A DNA stretch of 49,760 nt from Nemertoderma westbladi (lineage: Eukaryota > Animalia > Xenacoelomorpha): assembly GCA_032718475.1 (NCBI GenBank), contig JAUCBJ010002072.1:1-49760 (forward strand). Direction: 5' to 3'. The stretch's first letter is position 1. Every line of letters starts with the position of its first letter. Below, piece after piece: positions 11,347 through 22,200 of the stretch. Below the pieces are notes generated by a model, which saw only the letters and a program-made list of their open reading frames with translations, did no database searches and was not told the origin of the DNA. A program made the position numbers and the translations under genes.

Positions 11347-11680
11347 CAGACTTGCGTCGCTAACACAGACGCCACCGATACTGACGTAACTGATCTGGAC
11401 ACGACCACACGTACCTCAGACTTACAACTACTTGCAGTAAACCAGGTTGTATTGACTACTGAAGACCAAAGGGTTGTTGCTGTGGATGACTCGATGAATG
11501 AGGATTTTGGAAGGCTTGCGAGCCTACCTAAAAATCCAAAGGTCATTGACCCCACCCACCAGGCTTCGACACCGGTCGTTGATCTTGGAAGGCTTGTGAG
11601 CCTACCGACAGATCAAGAAGTTGTCAAACCGCCGCACGATTATTCGACGCCGACTAGTGAAACCGGAAGGCTTGCGAGCC
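11307..11680 (+). repeat. 374-bp segment of B pol, copy 1 of 3
   Basis: TTCACACTCATG...CTTGCGAGCC; near-identical to 16980-17353 and 24277-24650; holds three motif copies 78 bp apart. Confidence 0.95.
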
Positions 11681-11821
11681 TGTTATAGTTGGTTAATAGT
11701 AAATTTGATATGAGCGGGAGATTTGAATTAGTAATTACTGTGTTATCGGTACCGATGAGAAAGTGCTATAATAATTATTATCTGTAATCAGAAATAGTAA
11801 ATAAACTGAACTAGATTAACA

Positions 11822-11832
11822 TGGTAGCAGAG
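11822..11832 (+). promoter_or_regulatory. Primer-binding site for initiator tRNA-Met (second copy at 17495-17505)
   Basis: TGGTAGCAGAG is complementary to the animal iMet tRNA 3' end CUCUGCUACCA. Confidence 0.9.
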
Positions 11833-11933
11833 CGTGGTTGACTGCCTAATATAGGGGGTATTTAGAACCAGTGTCTGGGCTATAATGACTCACCTGATAA
11901 TTTTTATTTGTTCTATATTAGTTCTACATAATA

Positions 11934-14900
11934 ATGGAAAGTGCGTGGAATACCGGTAATAAAGCGGTAAATGTAAAAAACCCACCGGCGTTACGTGAAG
12001 ATATATCTTATGAAAATTGGGTACGGGAGGTTGAGATTTGGCAGGATGCGACGGATTTGCCGCAATCTCGCCAAGGTCCGACGTTGTTTCTGAGCCTACA
12101 AGGAAAAGCAAGAGAGGCAGTGCTCGAGATAAATCGCGCGGATTTAAAGCAAAATGACGGTGTCGAGAAAGTAATTGCAAAACTCAATACTCTTTATTTG
12201 AAAGACAAAGCTATTCGCGCTTTTCATGCATATGACGTTTTTTGTACTTATAAAAGAATAAAAGAATGCGGGATTACAGAGTTTATCGTTATCTTTGAGA
12301 GAAATGTACATAAATGTTCTGCTTATGATATGCGTTTACCAGATGGTGTTCTTGCTTACCAATTGTTGAAATGTGCTAATATGGACGAGTCAAAAACATC
12401 ACTAGCATTGGCTACTGTGATTGATTTAACTTATGAAAATATGAAAGGTCAAATTTTACGTATTTTTGCCGATGTTTCATCCAGTATATTACAAATGTCG
12501 AGTTCTAAAGAAACCGAGATAAAGATTAAAGCCGAACCCATACTGGAAGCGACAACAGAGCAGGATGGCTGGGAGTACGAGGATGAGTACAATGATGGAT
12601 ATCCGGAAGATAATGAATGTTACTATGGTTATTTCAGTCGAGGAGGATTTCGACCTGGTCGATTTAATCGTAACCGAGGAAATTTTGGAACTGGACGCCA
12701 AGGATTTCGGAATTATGGAGGAAGTTCAAGACAAGGTGGGAGAGGTGGTAATTTCAACCAGATGAATCAAACCCGGTCTCGTTACTCTCGAGGTCAACCG
12801 GGGGGAACCGGCGCTATATCGCGATTGAATCCACCTGATCAATATGGACGACCGACACAGTGCGGAGTTTGTTTGTCGATATATCATTATGAATCTAATT
12901 GTCAATATAAACAAGCTGCTGATAATGTACAGCTTTATACAGAAACGGAAGATGTTAATATAACTCTTTATACGGATGGTGATATTGTCACAGAAGATCA
13001 GTTATTGTCAGAAACATTAAATTATGCTGTTCTTGACACCGGTTGTGTCACTACTGTTGCTGGGAAGGTTTGGTTGGATTGTTACATTGATTCCCTGAGT
13101 TGTAGTGATCAAAGAGATATTTACTGGGAAAAGAGTAATGTTTGGTTTCGTTTTGGTGATGGAAATCGGCATTTGTCCAGCAAGAAAGCAATATTACCAA
13201 TACATCTTGGTAATAAACGCTTATATTTATCTGTTAATATTGTTGATTGCGATATTCCATTATTGTTATCACGAGCAGCTATGAAGAAAGGAAATGGTAA
13301 GATAGATTTTAACAATGATATGCTTGAACTGATTGGCGAAAAATTTCAACTTGTTATATCGTCTACAGGACATTATTGTCTTCCTCTCATTCATCCCACT
13401 AATGTGATGATAGAAAATGTTAAACAAATATTATTTACATCACCATTAGCAAAGTTATCTGATGAAAATGAATTGAGACGAAGCATCATGAAATTACATA
13501 AACAATTTGCTCACCCACCATCTCAGAGGTTGCATAAATTGATAGTTGATGCTGCACAGGAAGATGAAGATTATTCTATTAAAGTTAGGAAAATTGTCGA
13601 AGACATTTCTGGTAAATGTGAGGTATGTACACGATTCAAGAAACCTCCTTTAAAACCCATTGTTGGATTTCCATTAGCAACAACTTTTAACGAGACAGTT
13701 GCGATGGACCTGAAAGAGATCAGACCGGGAATTCATATTTTGCATATGATTGATCATGTCACCAGATATGCTCAAGCTGTAGCAATTGACAACAAAAGGA
13801 AAGAGACGATCGTCAAGAAACTATTTGAATATTGGATTCGAATTTTCGGTTCTCCTGCTAAGTTTCTCTCTGATAATGGTGGAGAATTCAACAATGAAGA
13901 ATTTAGAGAATTTTGTGAACAGTTCAATATACGAGTAAAGTCTACAGCAGCGGAGAGCCCTTGGTCAAATGGTTTGGTCGAAAGACACAATGGTATATTG
14001 GCATCATGTGTTGAAAAAGTACTATTTCAAGCTTCTCTTGACTTAAACATTGCTATTCAATGGGCAATTGCTGCAAAGAACTCACTCATCAATGTTTATG
14101 GTTTCACACCAAATATACTAGTGTTTGGAAGAAACCCTAGCTTTCCATCTAGTTCTGAGAACAGGTTGCCAGCTAATAATGAAACTGTAATTAGTGATGT
14201 AGTGAGAAACAACCTGACCGCATTGCATTTAGCGAGAGAAAGTTTTATACATCAAGAAAGCTGTGAGAAATTGAGACGTGCTTTAAATAGAAGAACTAGG
14301 TCATACAGTGATTATACTTTTACAGCTGGTGATGAAGTTTATTATAAAAGGATAAATTCCACGTCCTGGAAGGGTCCTGCGAGGGTGCTTGGTACAGATG
14401 ATAAACTTGTTTTGGTTAAGCATGGTGGATATTACATTAGAGTTCATCCGTGTCGATTGATATTAACAGAAGAGAAACAACAAATAACGGAAACTAGCAA
14501 AAACGTCTCTCGAAAACCGGACTCAGTAGAAGCGCAGTCGGAACAAAATAATGATGACTCATCAAGTGATGATAGTGATACAGGAAGGTCTCAACATCAG
14601 GTTATTATCGAAGATGCAATTGAAGATGTTAGTAATTCTTCAAATAAAAATCCAGTAGTGAAAATGCAGACGATCTTGCCGAAACGGAATGATGTAATTA
14701 AATATTTTGACAATAGTTCAAATGAGTGGAAAAATGCAACTGTGCTCGGAAGAGCAGGTAAAGCATCAGGTAAATATTGGCATTTCATGAATATACAGAA
14801 CAATGATGGTACACAGTGTAGCAAAAGTTTCCGAGATGAAATAAAAGATTGGAATGTTGATAATGGTGCAGTAGAGAGTGAACATTCAGAGTCACCTGCA

Positions 14901-16481
14901 ACAGAAAGGTTTGAAGATATACGTTGGGAGAGTTCGGCTGAGTTTGTGAGTGGGACTACATATTACTCAGAAGAACATCGTTTATGTGATGATAATGAAC
15001 GGTTCGATAAACCCAAACAGGATGAACTAAGAAAATGGCGAGAGATGAACACTTATGTGGAAGTTCCAGATAATGGTCAATATTCGATATCTACTAAGTG
15101 GGTTTTAACAGAAAAACTTATTGGTGATAAGTTTACATTAAAGGCTCGACTAGTTGCTAGAGGTTTTGAGGACATTGGTAATCCGAAAACAGAATCTCCC
15201 ACATGCTACAAGGAATCTCTGCGTATTTGTTTAGTAATAATATCATCTTTACATTGGAAATTAAATGTACTTGATATTAAAAGTGCATATTTACAAGGTA
15301 TGCCAATGGATCGTGAAGTTTTTTTAAAGCCACCAAAAGAGGCTAAATCAGATCAATTGTGGCGTTTAAATCATTGTGTTTATGGACTAAATGAGTCTGG
15401 GCGTAAATGGTATCTGCGAGTTGTCTCTGAGCTTGAAAAACTAAAAGTTTGTACATCACAGTTTGATCCTGCTGTTTTCTATTATCAAAAAGATTGTGTT
15501 CTTCACGGAATTATCGTTATTCATGTGGACGATTTCTTATGGGCTGGAGATCAAAGTTTTGATAATGACATTATATCGTCATTGAGACAAGTGTTTCTTT
15601 TCAGTCACGAGTCTAGTGTTTCTATGAAATATCTCGGTTTAAATTTGAATCAAGATAGATCTTGCATTACAATAGATCTACAAAAATATGTACAACAAAT
15701 ACCGGATATAATCACTCCTCAAAATCGGACATTGAACAAAGTTGCAATGTTCAGTGGTGATGAATATAAACTGTATCGTTCATTGTTAGGTCAACTTAAT
15801 TGGGCGACGACTCAGTGTCGGGTTGATGTTTGCTTCGAGTCATGCCAATTAGCATGCTCTGTGGGCGAATCAAATGTTGGAAATCTTCTGAAGGTCATTA
15901 AAACGGTAAAAAAGATGAAATCCGAAAATGTGGCAATACACCTTCATAGTGTAGGAAATTTAAGTGGTATGGAAATTTTGTGTTTTAGCGATGCAAGTCT
16001 TGGGAATTTACCGGATGGTGGATCGCAAGGAGGTTATTTGGTGTTTCTTCTTGGAAAAAACGGAAAAGCATCACTGATCTCTTGGCATAGTAAGCGGATT
16101 AAACGTGTTGTTAAGAGTTCTTTAGCCGCCGAAACTGTCGAATTGGTAGAAGCTGTTGAATGTGCATATCTTCATGCTAGATTTCTGATGGAATTGCTGA
16201 ACATTTCAATGAAACAAATTCCAATTACAGCAATAACTGACAATTCGTCATTATGTGAAGCTGTACACTCATTGACGTCTGTAACGGACAAAAGATTACG
16301 GATTGATATTGCTATATTACGAGAGATGATCCAGAGAGGTGAGATTAAGGACGTAAAGTGGGTTCCAGAACGCCATCAACTTGCAAATTGTCTGACTAAA
16401 CAAGGTGCAAATACTGGTAATCTAAAATACGCCCTCCGAAAGTCGGCCAGGTTCAATAACAATCAATTAAATTTTTTCTAA
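11934..16481 (+). CDS. gag-pol: Copia Gag-Pol polyprotein, 1515 aa
   Basis: CGVCLSIYHYESNC knuckle; VLDTGC protease; HKQFAH..CEVC and SDNGGEF integrase; KARLVARGF, LDIKSAYLQ, HVDD RT; FSDAS, TDNSS, KRLRID, QLANCLTK RNase H. Confidence 0.96.
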   Translation: MESAWNTGNKAVNVKNPPALREDISYENWVREVEIWQDATDLPQSRQGPTLFLSLQGKAREAVLEINRADLKQNDGVEKVIAKLNTLYLKDKAIRAFHAYDVFCTYKRIKECGITEFIVIFERNVHKCSAYDMRLPDGVLAYQLLKCANMDESKTSLALATVIDLTYENMKGQILRIFADVSSSILQMSSSKETEIKIKAEPILEATTEQDGWEYEDEYNDGYPEDNECYYGYFSRGGFRPGRFNRNRGNFGTGRQGFRNYGGSSRQGGRGGNFNQMNQTRSRYSRGQPGGTGAISRLNPPDQYGRPTQCGVCLSIYHYESNCQYKQAADNVQLYTETEDVNITLYTDGDIVTEDQLLSETLNYAVLDTGCVTTVAGKVWLDCYIDSLSCSDQRDIYWEKSNVWFRFGDGNRHLSSKKAILPIHLGNKRLYLSVNIVDCDIPLLLSRAAMKKGNGKIDFNNDMLELIGEKFQLVISSTGHYCLPLIHPTNVMIENVKQILFTSPLAKLSDENELRRSIMKLHKQFAHPPSQRLHKLIVDAAQEDEDYSIKVRKIVEDISGKCEVCTRFKKPPLKPIVGFPLATTFNETVAMDLKEIRPGIHILHMIDHVTRYAQAVAIDNKRKETIVKKLFEYWIRIFGSPAKFLSDNGGEFNNEEFREFCEQFNIRVKSTAAESPWSNGLVERHNGILASCVEKVLFQASLDLNIAIQWAIAAKNSLINVYGFTPNILVFGRNPSFPSSSENRLPANNETVISDVVRNNLTALHLARESFIHQESCEKLRRALNRRTRSYSDYTFTAGDEVYYKRINSTSWKGPARVLGTDDKLVLVKHGGYYIRVHPCRLILTEEKQQITETSKNVSRKPDSVEAQSEQNNDDSSSDDSDTGRSQHQVIIEDAIEDVSNSSNKNPVVKMQTILPKRNDVIKYFDNSSNEWKNATVLGRAGKASGKYWHFMNIQNNDGTQCSKSFRDEIKDWNVDNGAVESEHSESPATERFEDIRWESSAEFVSGTTYYSEEHRLCDDNERFDKPKQDELRKWREMNTYVEVPDNGQYSISTKWVLTEKLIGDKFTLKARLVARGFEDIGNPKTESPTCYKESLRICLVIISSLHWKLNVLDIKSAYLQGMPMDREVFLKPPKEAKSDQLWRLNHCVYGLNESGRKWYLRVVSELEKLKVCTSQFDPAVFYYQKDCVLHGIIVIHVDDFLWAGDQSFDNDIISSLRQVFLFSHESSVSMKYLGLNLNQDRSCITIDLQKYVQQIPDIITPQNRTLNKVAMFSGDEYKLYRSLLGQLNWATTQCRVDVCFESCQLACSVGESNVGNLLKVIKTVKKMKSENVAIHLHSVGNLSGMEILCFSDASLGNLPDGGSQGGYLVFLLGKNGKASLISWHSKRIKRVVKSSLAAETVELVEAVECAYLHARFLMELLNISMKQIPITAITDNSSLCEAVHSLTSVTDKRLRIDIAILREMIQRGEIKDVKWVPERHQLANCLTKQGANTGNLKYALRKSARFNNNQLNFF

Positions 16482-16979
16482 ACCGAAAGTTGACATTTAG
16501 GCGGTGACAATAACAATAACAAGGACTTTTGAATAATATTTTAATTTTTGAGTGTAATTATGTATATTTTTCAGGTGGTGGTTGATACTCAATTAATTTA
16601 TAGGACAAAATTGTCACAGTAGATTTCTCTATTTGATTCAAGAAGTGGTTCAATTATTATTATTATTTTTTTTGATAAGGGTCGAAGCTTGTGTAATTAT
16701 TTCGGCTTGTGCAATTATTTCGGAATATTATTCTAGTTAAATAATTTGGAATGTTTAAATTTTAGATTGATTTGTGGATGTAAGGAACTTATTATTTTTT
16801 GTTTTTATAATTATTTAGAAAATAGGGGGAGCTTGTTATAGTTGGTTAATAGTACATTTGATATGAGCGGGAGATTTGAATTAGTAATTACTGTGTTATC
16901 GGTACCGATGAGAAAGTGCTATAATAATTATTATCTGTAATCAGAAATAGTAAATAAACAGAACTAGATTAACACATGA

Positions 16980-17353
16980 TTCACACTCATGTGGTCCAAT
17001 TGTACAGACTGCACTATGACAGACTTGCGTCGCTAACACAGACGCCACCGATACTGACGTAACTGATCTGGACACGACCACACGGACCTCAGACTTACAA
17101 CTACTTGCAGTAAACCAGGTTGTATTGACTACTGAAGACCAAAGGGTTGTTGCTGTGGATGACTCGATGAACGAGGATTTTGGAAGGCTTGCGAGCCTAC
17201 CTAAAAATCCAAAGGTCATTGACCCCACCCACCAGGCTTCGACACCGGTCGTTGATCTTGGAAGGCTTGCGAGCCTACCGACAGATCAAGAAGTTGTCAA
17301 ACCGCCGCACGATTATTCGACGCCGACTAGTGAAACCGGAAGGCTTGCGAGCC
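16980..17353 (+). repeat. 374-bp segment of B pol, copy 2 of 3
   Basis: Follows the Copia 3' LTR plus 5-nt filler CATGA. Confidence 0.95.
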
Positions 17354-17594
17354 TGTTATAGTTGGTTAATAGTAAATTTGATATGAGCGGGAGATTTGAA
17401 TCAGTAATTACTGTGTTATCGGTACCGATGAGAAAGTGCTATAATAATTATTATCTGTAATCAGAAATAGTAAATAAACAGAACTAGATTAACATGGTAG
17501 CAGAGCGTGGTTGACTGCCTAATATAGGGGGTATTTAGAACCAGTGTCTGGGCTATAATAACTCACCTGATAATTTTTATTTGTTCTATATTAG

Positions 17595-19073
17595 CCTGAC
17601 ACTAGCCGAGTTTTTGTTGAGAGTCAATTTGAAAGTATTCCCTCCGTTAATGATTATACATTTTGTAAAGAGGATATTTTTAACTCTATTAGCCAATTGG
17701 CCGTTGGTAAAGCAATAGGTACAGATGATATATCTTCGGAACATCTTAAATACGGCTGTACAGAGTTATTGTGTAGCATTCTATCTTGTTTATTTAATTC
17801 AATATTGTGCCATGACTATATACCACCGGGCCTTATTGAGTCTAAGATACTTCCTTTAATTAAGGACAAGACAGGTGATATCACCTCGAGTGATAATTAT
17901 AGAGGTATTGCAATCTCAACTGTATTCTCCAAACTATTTGAGAGGCTGATACTTTCTAATGTAAGTAGATACTTAGATACTACAGACAATCAGTTTGGTT
18001 TCAAACCGAAATCGGGCACTGAACTGTGTATCCTCGCTTTTAAGGAGACAGTAAATTTTTATTTACAAAATAATAGCCCGGTATTTACTTGTATGTTGGA
18101 TGCCAGCAAGGCATTTGATCGATGTAATCATTATTTACTATTTTCTAAATTAATTACTAGGGGTGTACCGGTTATTTTTGTTAGAATAATATGCTTTTGG
18201 TATCGTAACCAATTACTGTTTGTTTCGTGGGGTAAATTTAGTTCGAGTAAATTTCATGTCACCAATGGTACAAAACAAGGGGGGATCCTGAGCCCATATT
18301 TATTTAACGTATATATGGATGATTTAAGTGCAGCTTTAAATCGGTGCAATTTTGGTTGCTCTATTAACGGTAGAAGGATCAATCACGTAGGATATGCGGA
18401 CGATTTGTCACTGCTATCCAATACTATGTTTGGTTTACAACAACTACTAAATATATGTATGGATTATGCTGACCTATTCTCAATTAAGTTTAATTTAAAA
18501 AAGACAAAATGTATTTATTTTATCCCGAAATGCTGTAGCAAGTCTATATTTGGTAATGTGTACTTATTAGGCACTCCTATTGATATTGTAGATAAAATTG
18601 TATTTCTTGGCCACGTAATCCACTCGTCTACTGACGATGATTATGATGTAAAGCGCCAGACTTGTGCGTTGTATGCAAGAGCAAACTACTTGGTTAGGAA
18701 TTTTGGTAATTGTGCTAGGAATGTAAAAATACGTCTTTTTCGTTCCTATTGTACTAATGTTTATGGCAACGCGCTGTGGGCTAGAGCGAACTATTCTATG
18801 TCTGTCCACAACAAATTGCGCACTGCATATAATAGTAGCATTCGAATGCTTTTTAAAATTCCGAGAATGGCTAACGACACAACTCCCACAAGTATGTCGC
18901 TAACCTGCAGCTTACTTGGATTACCATCCTTTGTACATATTAGAGCCAATGCTATTGAGAGCCTATCACGGCGCTTGGATACCAGTACCAATAGCATTAT
19001 TAATGTGATTCGCACATGTTGCACAGAATCTAGAATTAGGGCCATGAATGACCTGTCCCTACTTTACGATTAA
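17595..19073 (+). CDS. LINE reverse transcriptase (5'-truncated; frame open from the junction)
   Basis: NYRGIAI, NQFGFKP, LDASKAFD, KQGGILSPYLFNVYMDDL, YADD. Confidence 0.9.
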   Translation, partial: PDTSRVFVESQFESIPSVNDYTFCKEDIFNSISQLAVGKAIGTDDISSEHLKYGCTELLCSILSCLFNSILCHDYIPPGLIESKILPLIKDKTGDITSSDNYRGIAISTVFSKLFERLILSNVSRYLDTTDNQFGFKPKSGTELCILAFKETVNFYLQNNSPVFTCMLDASKAFDRCNHYLLFSKLITRGVPVIFVRIICFWYRNQLLFVSWGKFSSSKFHVTNGTKQGGILSPYLFNVYMDDLSAALNRCNFGCSINGRRINHVGYADDLSLLSNTMFGLQQLLNICMDYADLFSIKFNLKKTKCIYFIPKCCSKSIFGNVYLLGTPIDIVDKIVFLGHVIHSSTDDDYDVKRQTCALYARANYLVRNFGNCARNVKIRLFRSYCTNVYGNALWARANYSMSVHNKLRTAYNSSIRMLFKIPRMANDTTPTSMSLTCSLLGLPSFVHIRANAIESLSRRLDTSTNSIINVIRTCCTESRIRAMNDLSLLYD

Positions 19074-19206
19074 TATCTAAATATTGTGCTATTAAATATT
19101 CATTTTCATAATTTAGTACTGTATCGTGTAAACTATATTGTCTGATCGGTGTATTGTTTTTACTATGAACCTTGTTTGGTTTGAAATAAAGGAATAAATA
19201 AAATAA
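17595..19206 (+). mobile_element. 5'-truncated non-LTR retrotransposon, RTE-X-like, in the Copia-2 leader
   Basis: Absent from Copia copy 1; TSD ATTAG at 17590-17594 and 19207-19211; AATAAA-rich 3' tail; clade call tentative. Confidence 0.85.
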
Positions 19207-19223
19207 ATTAGTTCTACATAATA

Positions 19224-22200
19224 ATGGAAAGTGCGTGGAATACCGGTAATAAAGCGGTAAATGTAAAAAACCCACCGGCGTTACGTGAAGATATATCTTA
19301 TGAAAATTGGGTACGGGAGGTTGAGATTTGGCAGGATGCGACGGATTTGCCGCAATCTTGCCAAGGTCTGACGTTGTTTCTGAGCCTACAAGGAAAAGCA
19401 AGAGAGGCAGTGCTCGAGATAAATCGCGCGGATTTAAAGCAAAATGGCGGTGTCGAGAAAGTAATTGCAAAACTCAATACTCTTTATTTGAAAGACAAAG
19501 CTATTCGCGCTTTTCATGCATATGACGTTTTTTGTACTTATAAAAGAATAAAAGAATGCGGGATTACAGAGTTTATCGTTATCTTTGAGAGAAATGTACA
19601 TAAATGTTCTGCTTATGATATGCGTTTACCAGATGGTGTTCTTGCTTACCAATTGTTGAAATGTGCTAATCTGGACGAGTCAAAAACATCATCACTAGCA
19701 TTGGCTACTGTGATTGATTTAACTTATGAAAATATGAAAGGTCAAATTTTACGTATTTTTGCCGATGTTTCATCCAGTATATTACAAATGTCAAGTTCTA
19801 AAGAAACCGAGATAAAGATTAAAGCCGAACCCATACTGGAAGCGACAACAGAGCAGGATGGCTGGCAGTACGAGGATGAGTACAATGATGGATATCCGGA
19901 AGATAATGAATGTTACTATGGTTATTTCAGTCGAGGAGGATTTCGACCTGGTCGATTTAATCGTAACCGAGGAAATTTTGGAACTGGACGCCAAGGATTT
20001 CGGAATTATGGAGGAAGTTCAAGACAAGGTGGGAGAGGTGGTAATTTCAACCAGATGAATCAAACCCGGTCTCGTTACTCTCGAGGTCAACCGGGGGGAA
20101 CCGGCGCTACATCGCGATTGAATCCACCTGATCAATATGGACGACCGACACAGTGCGGAGTTTGTTTGTCGATATATCATTATGAATCTAATTGTCAATA
20201 TAAACAAGCTGCTGATAATGTACAGCTTTATACAGAAACGGAAGATGTTAATATAACTCTTTATACGGATGGTGATATTGTCACAGAAGATCAGTTATTG
20301 TCAGAAACATTAAATTATGCTGTTCTTGACACCGGTTGTGTCACTACTGTTGCTGGGAAGGTTTGGTTGGATTGTTACATTGATTCCCTGAGTTGTAGTG
20401 ATCAAAGAGATATTTTCTGGGAAAAGAGTAATGTTTGGTTTCGTTTTGGTGATGGAAATCGGCATTTGTCCAGCAAGAAAGCAATATTACCAATACATCT
20501 TGGTAATAAATGCTTATATTTATCTGTTAATATTGTTGATTGCGATATTCCATTATTGTTATCACGAGCAGCTATGAAGAAAGGAAATGGTAAGATAGAT
20601 TTTAACAATGATATGCTTGAACTGATTAGCGAAAAATTTCAACTTGTTATATCGTCTACAGGACATTATTGTCTTCCTCTCATTCATCCCACTAATGTGA
20701 TGATAGAAAATGTTAAACAAATATTATTTACATCACCATTAGCAAAGTTATCTGATGAAAATGAATTGAGACGAAGCATCATGAAATTACATAAACAATT
20801 TGCTCACCCACCATCTGAGAGGTTGCATAAATTGATAGTTGATGCTGCACAGGAAGATGAAGATTATTCTATTAAAGTTAGGAAAATTGTCGAAGACATT
20901 TCTGGTAAATGTGAGGTATGTACACGATTCAAGAAACCTCCTTTAAAACCCATTGTTGGATTTCCATTAGCAACAACTTTTAACGAGACAGTTGCGATGG
21001 ACCTGAAAGAGATCAGACCGGGAATTCATATTTTGCATATGATTGATCATGTCACCAGATATGCTCAAGCTGTAGCAATTGACAACAAAAGGAAAGAGAC
21101 GATCGTCAAGAAACTATTTGAATATTGGATTCGAATTTTCGGTTCTCCTGCTAAGTTTCTCTCTGATAATGGTGGAGAATTCAACAATGAAGAATTTAGA
21201 GAATTTTGTGAACAGTTCAATATACGAGTAAAGTCTACAGCAGCGGAGAGCCCTTGGTCAAATGGTTTGGTCGAAAGACACAATGGTATATTGGCATCAT
21301 GTGTTGAAAAAGTACTATTTCAAGCTTCTCTTGACTTAAACATTGCTATTCAATGGGCAATTGCTGCAAAGAACTCACTCATCAATGTTTATGGTTTCAC
21401 ACCAAATATACTAGTGTTTGGAAGAAACCCTAGCTTTCCATCTAGTTCTGAGAACAGGTTGCCAGCTAATAATGAAACTGTAATTAGTGATGTAGTGAGA
21501 AACAACCTGACCGCATTGCATTTAGCGAGAGAAAGTTTTATACATCAAGAAAGCTGTGAGAAATTGAGACGTGCTTTAAATAGAAGAACTAGGTCATACA
21601 GTGATTATACTTTTACAGCTGGTGATGAAGTTTATTATAAAAGGATAAATTCCACGTCCTGGAAGGGTCCTGCGAGGGTGCTTGGTACAGATGATAAACT
21701 TGTTTTGGTTAAGCATGGTGGATATTACATTAGAGTTCATCCGTGTCGATTGATATTAACAGAAGAGAAACAACAAATAACGGAAACTAGCAAAAACGTC
21801 TCTCGAAAACCGGACTCAGTAGAAGCTCAGTCGGAACAAAATAATGATGACTCATCAAGTGATGATAGTGATACAGGAAGGTCTCAACATCAGGTTATTA
21901 TCGAAGATGCAATTGAAGATGTTAGTAATTCTTCAAATAAAAATCCAGTAGTGAAAATGCAGACGATCTTGCCGAAACGGAATGATGTAATTAAATATTT
22001 TGACAATACTTCAAATGAGTGGAAAAATGCAACTGTGCTCAGAAGAGCAGGTAAAGCATCAGGTAAATATTGGCATTTCATGAATATACAGAACAATGAT
22101 GGTACACAGTGTAGCAAAAGTTTCCGAGATGAAATAAAAGATTGGAATGTTTATAATGGTGCAGTAGAGAGTGAACATTCAGAGTCACCTGCAACAGAAA

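Larger units (their letters stand above)
11681..16974 (+). mobile_element. Ty1/Copia element, GalEa-like, copy 1 (intact)
   Basis: 141-bp TG..CA LTRs at 11681-11821 and 16834-16974; PBS TGGTAGCAGAG; PPT AGAAAATAGGGGGAG; single ORF with PR-IN-RT-RH order. Confidence 0.95.

Noticed and set aside
11509-11684. CRISPR-like look: 20-bp palindromic repeats with a 78-bp period
   Set aside because: Eukaryotic retrotransposon coding sequence, only three units, related spacers, no cas genes
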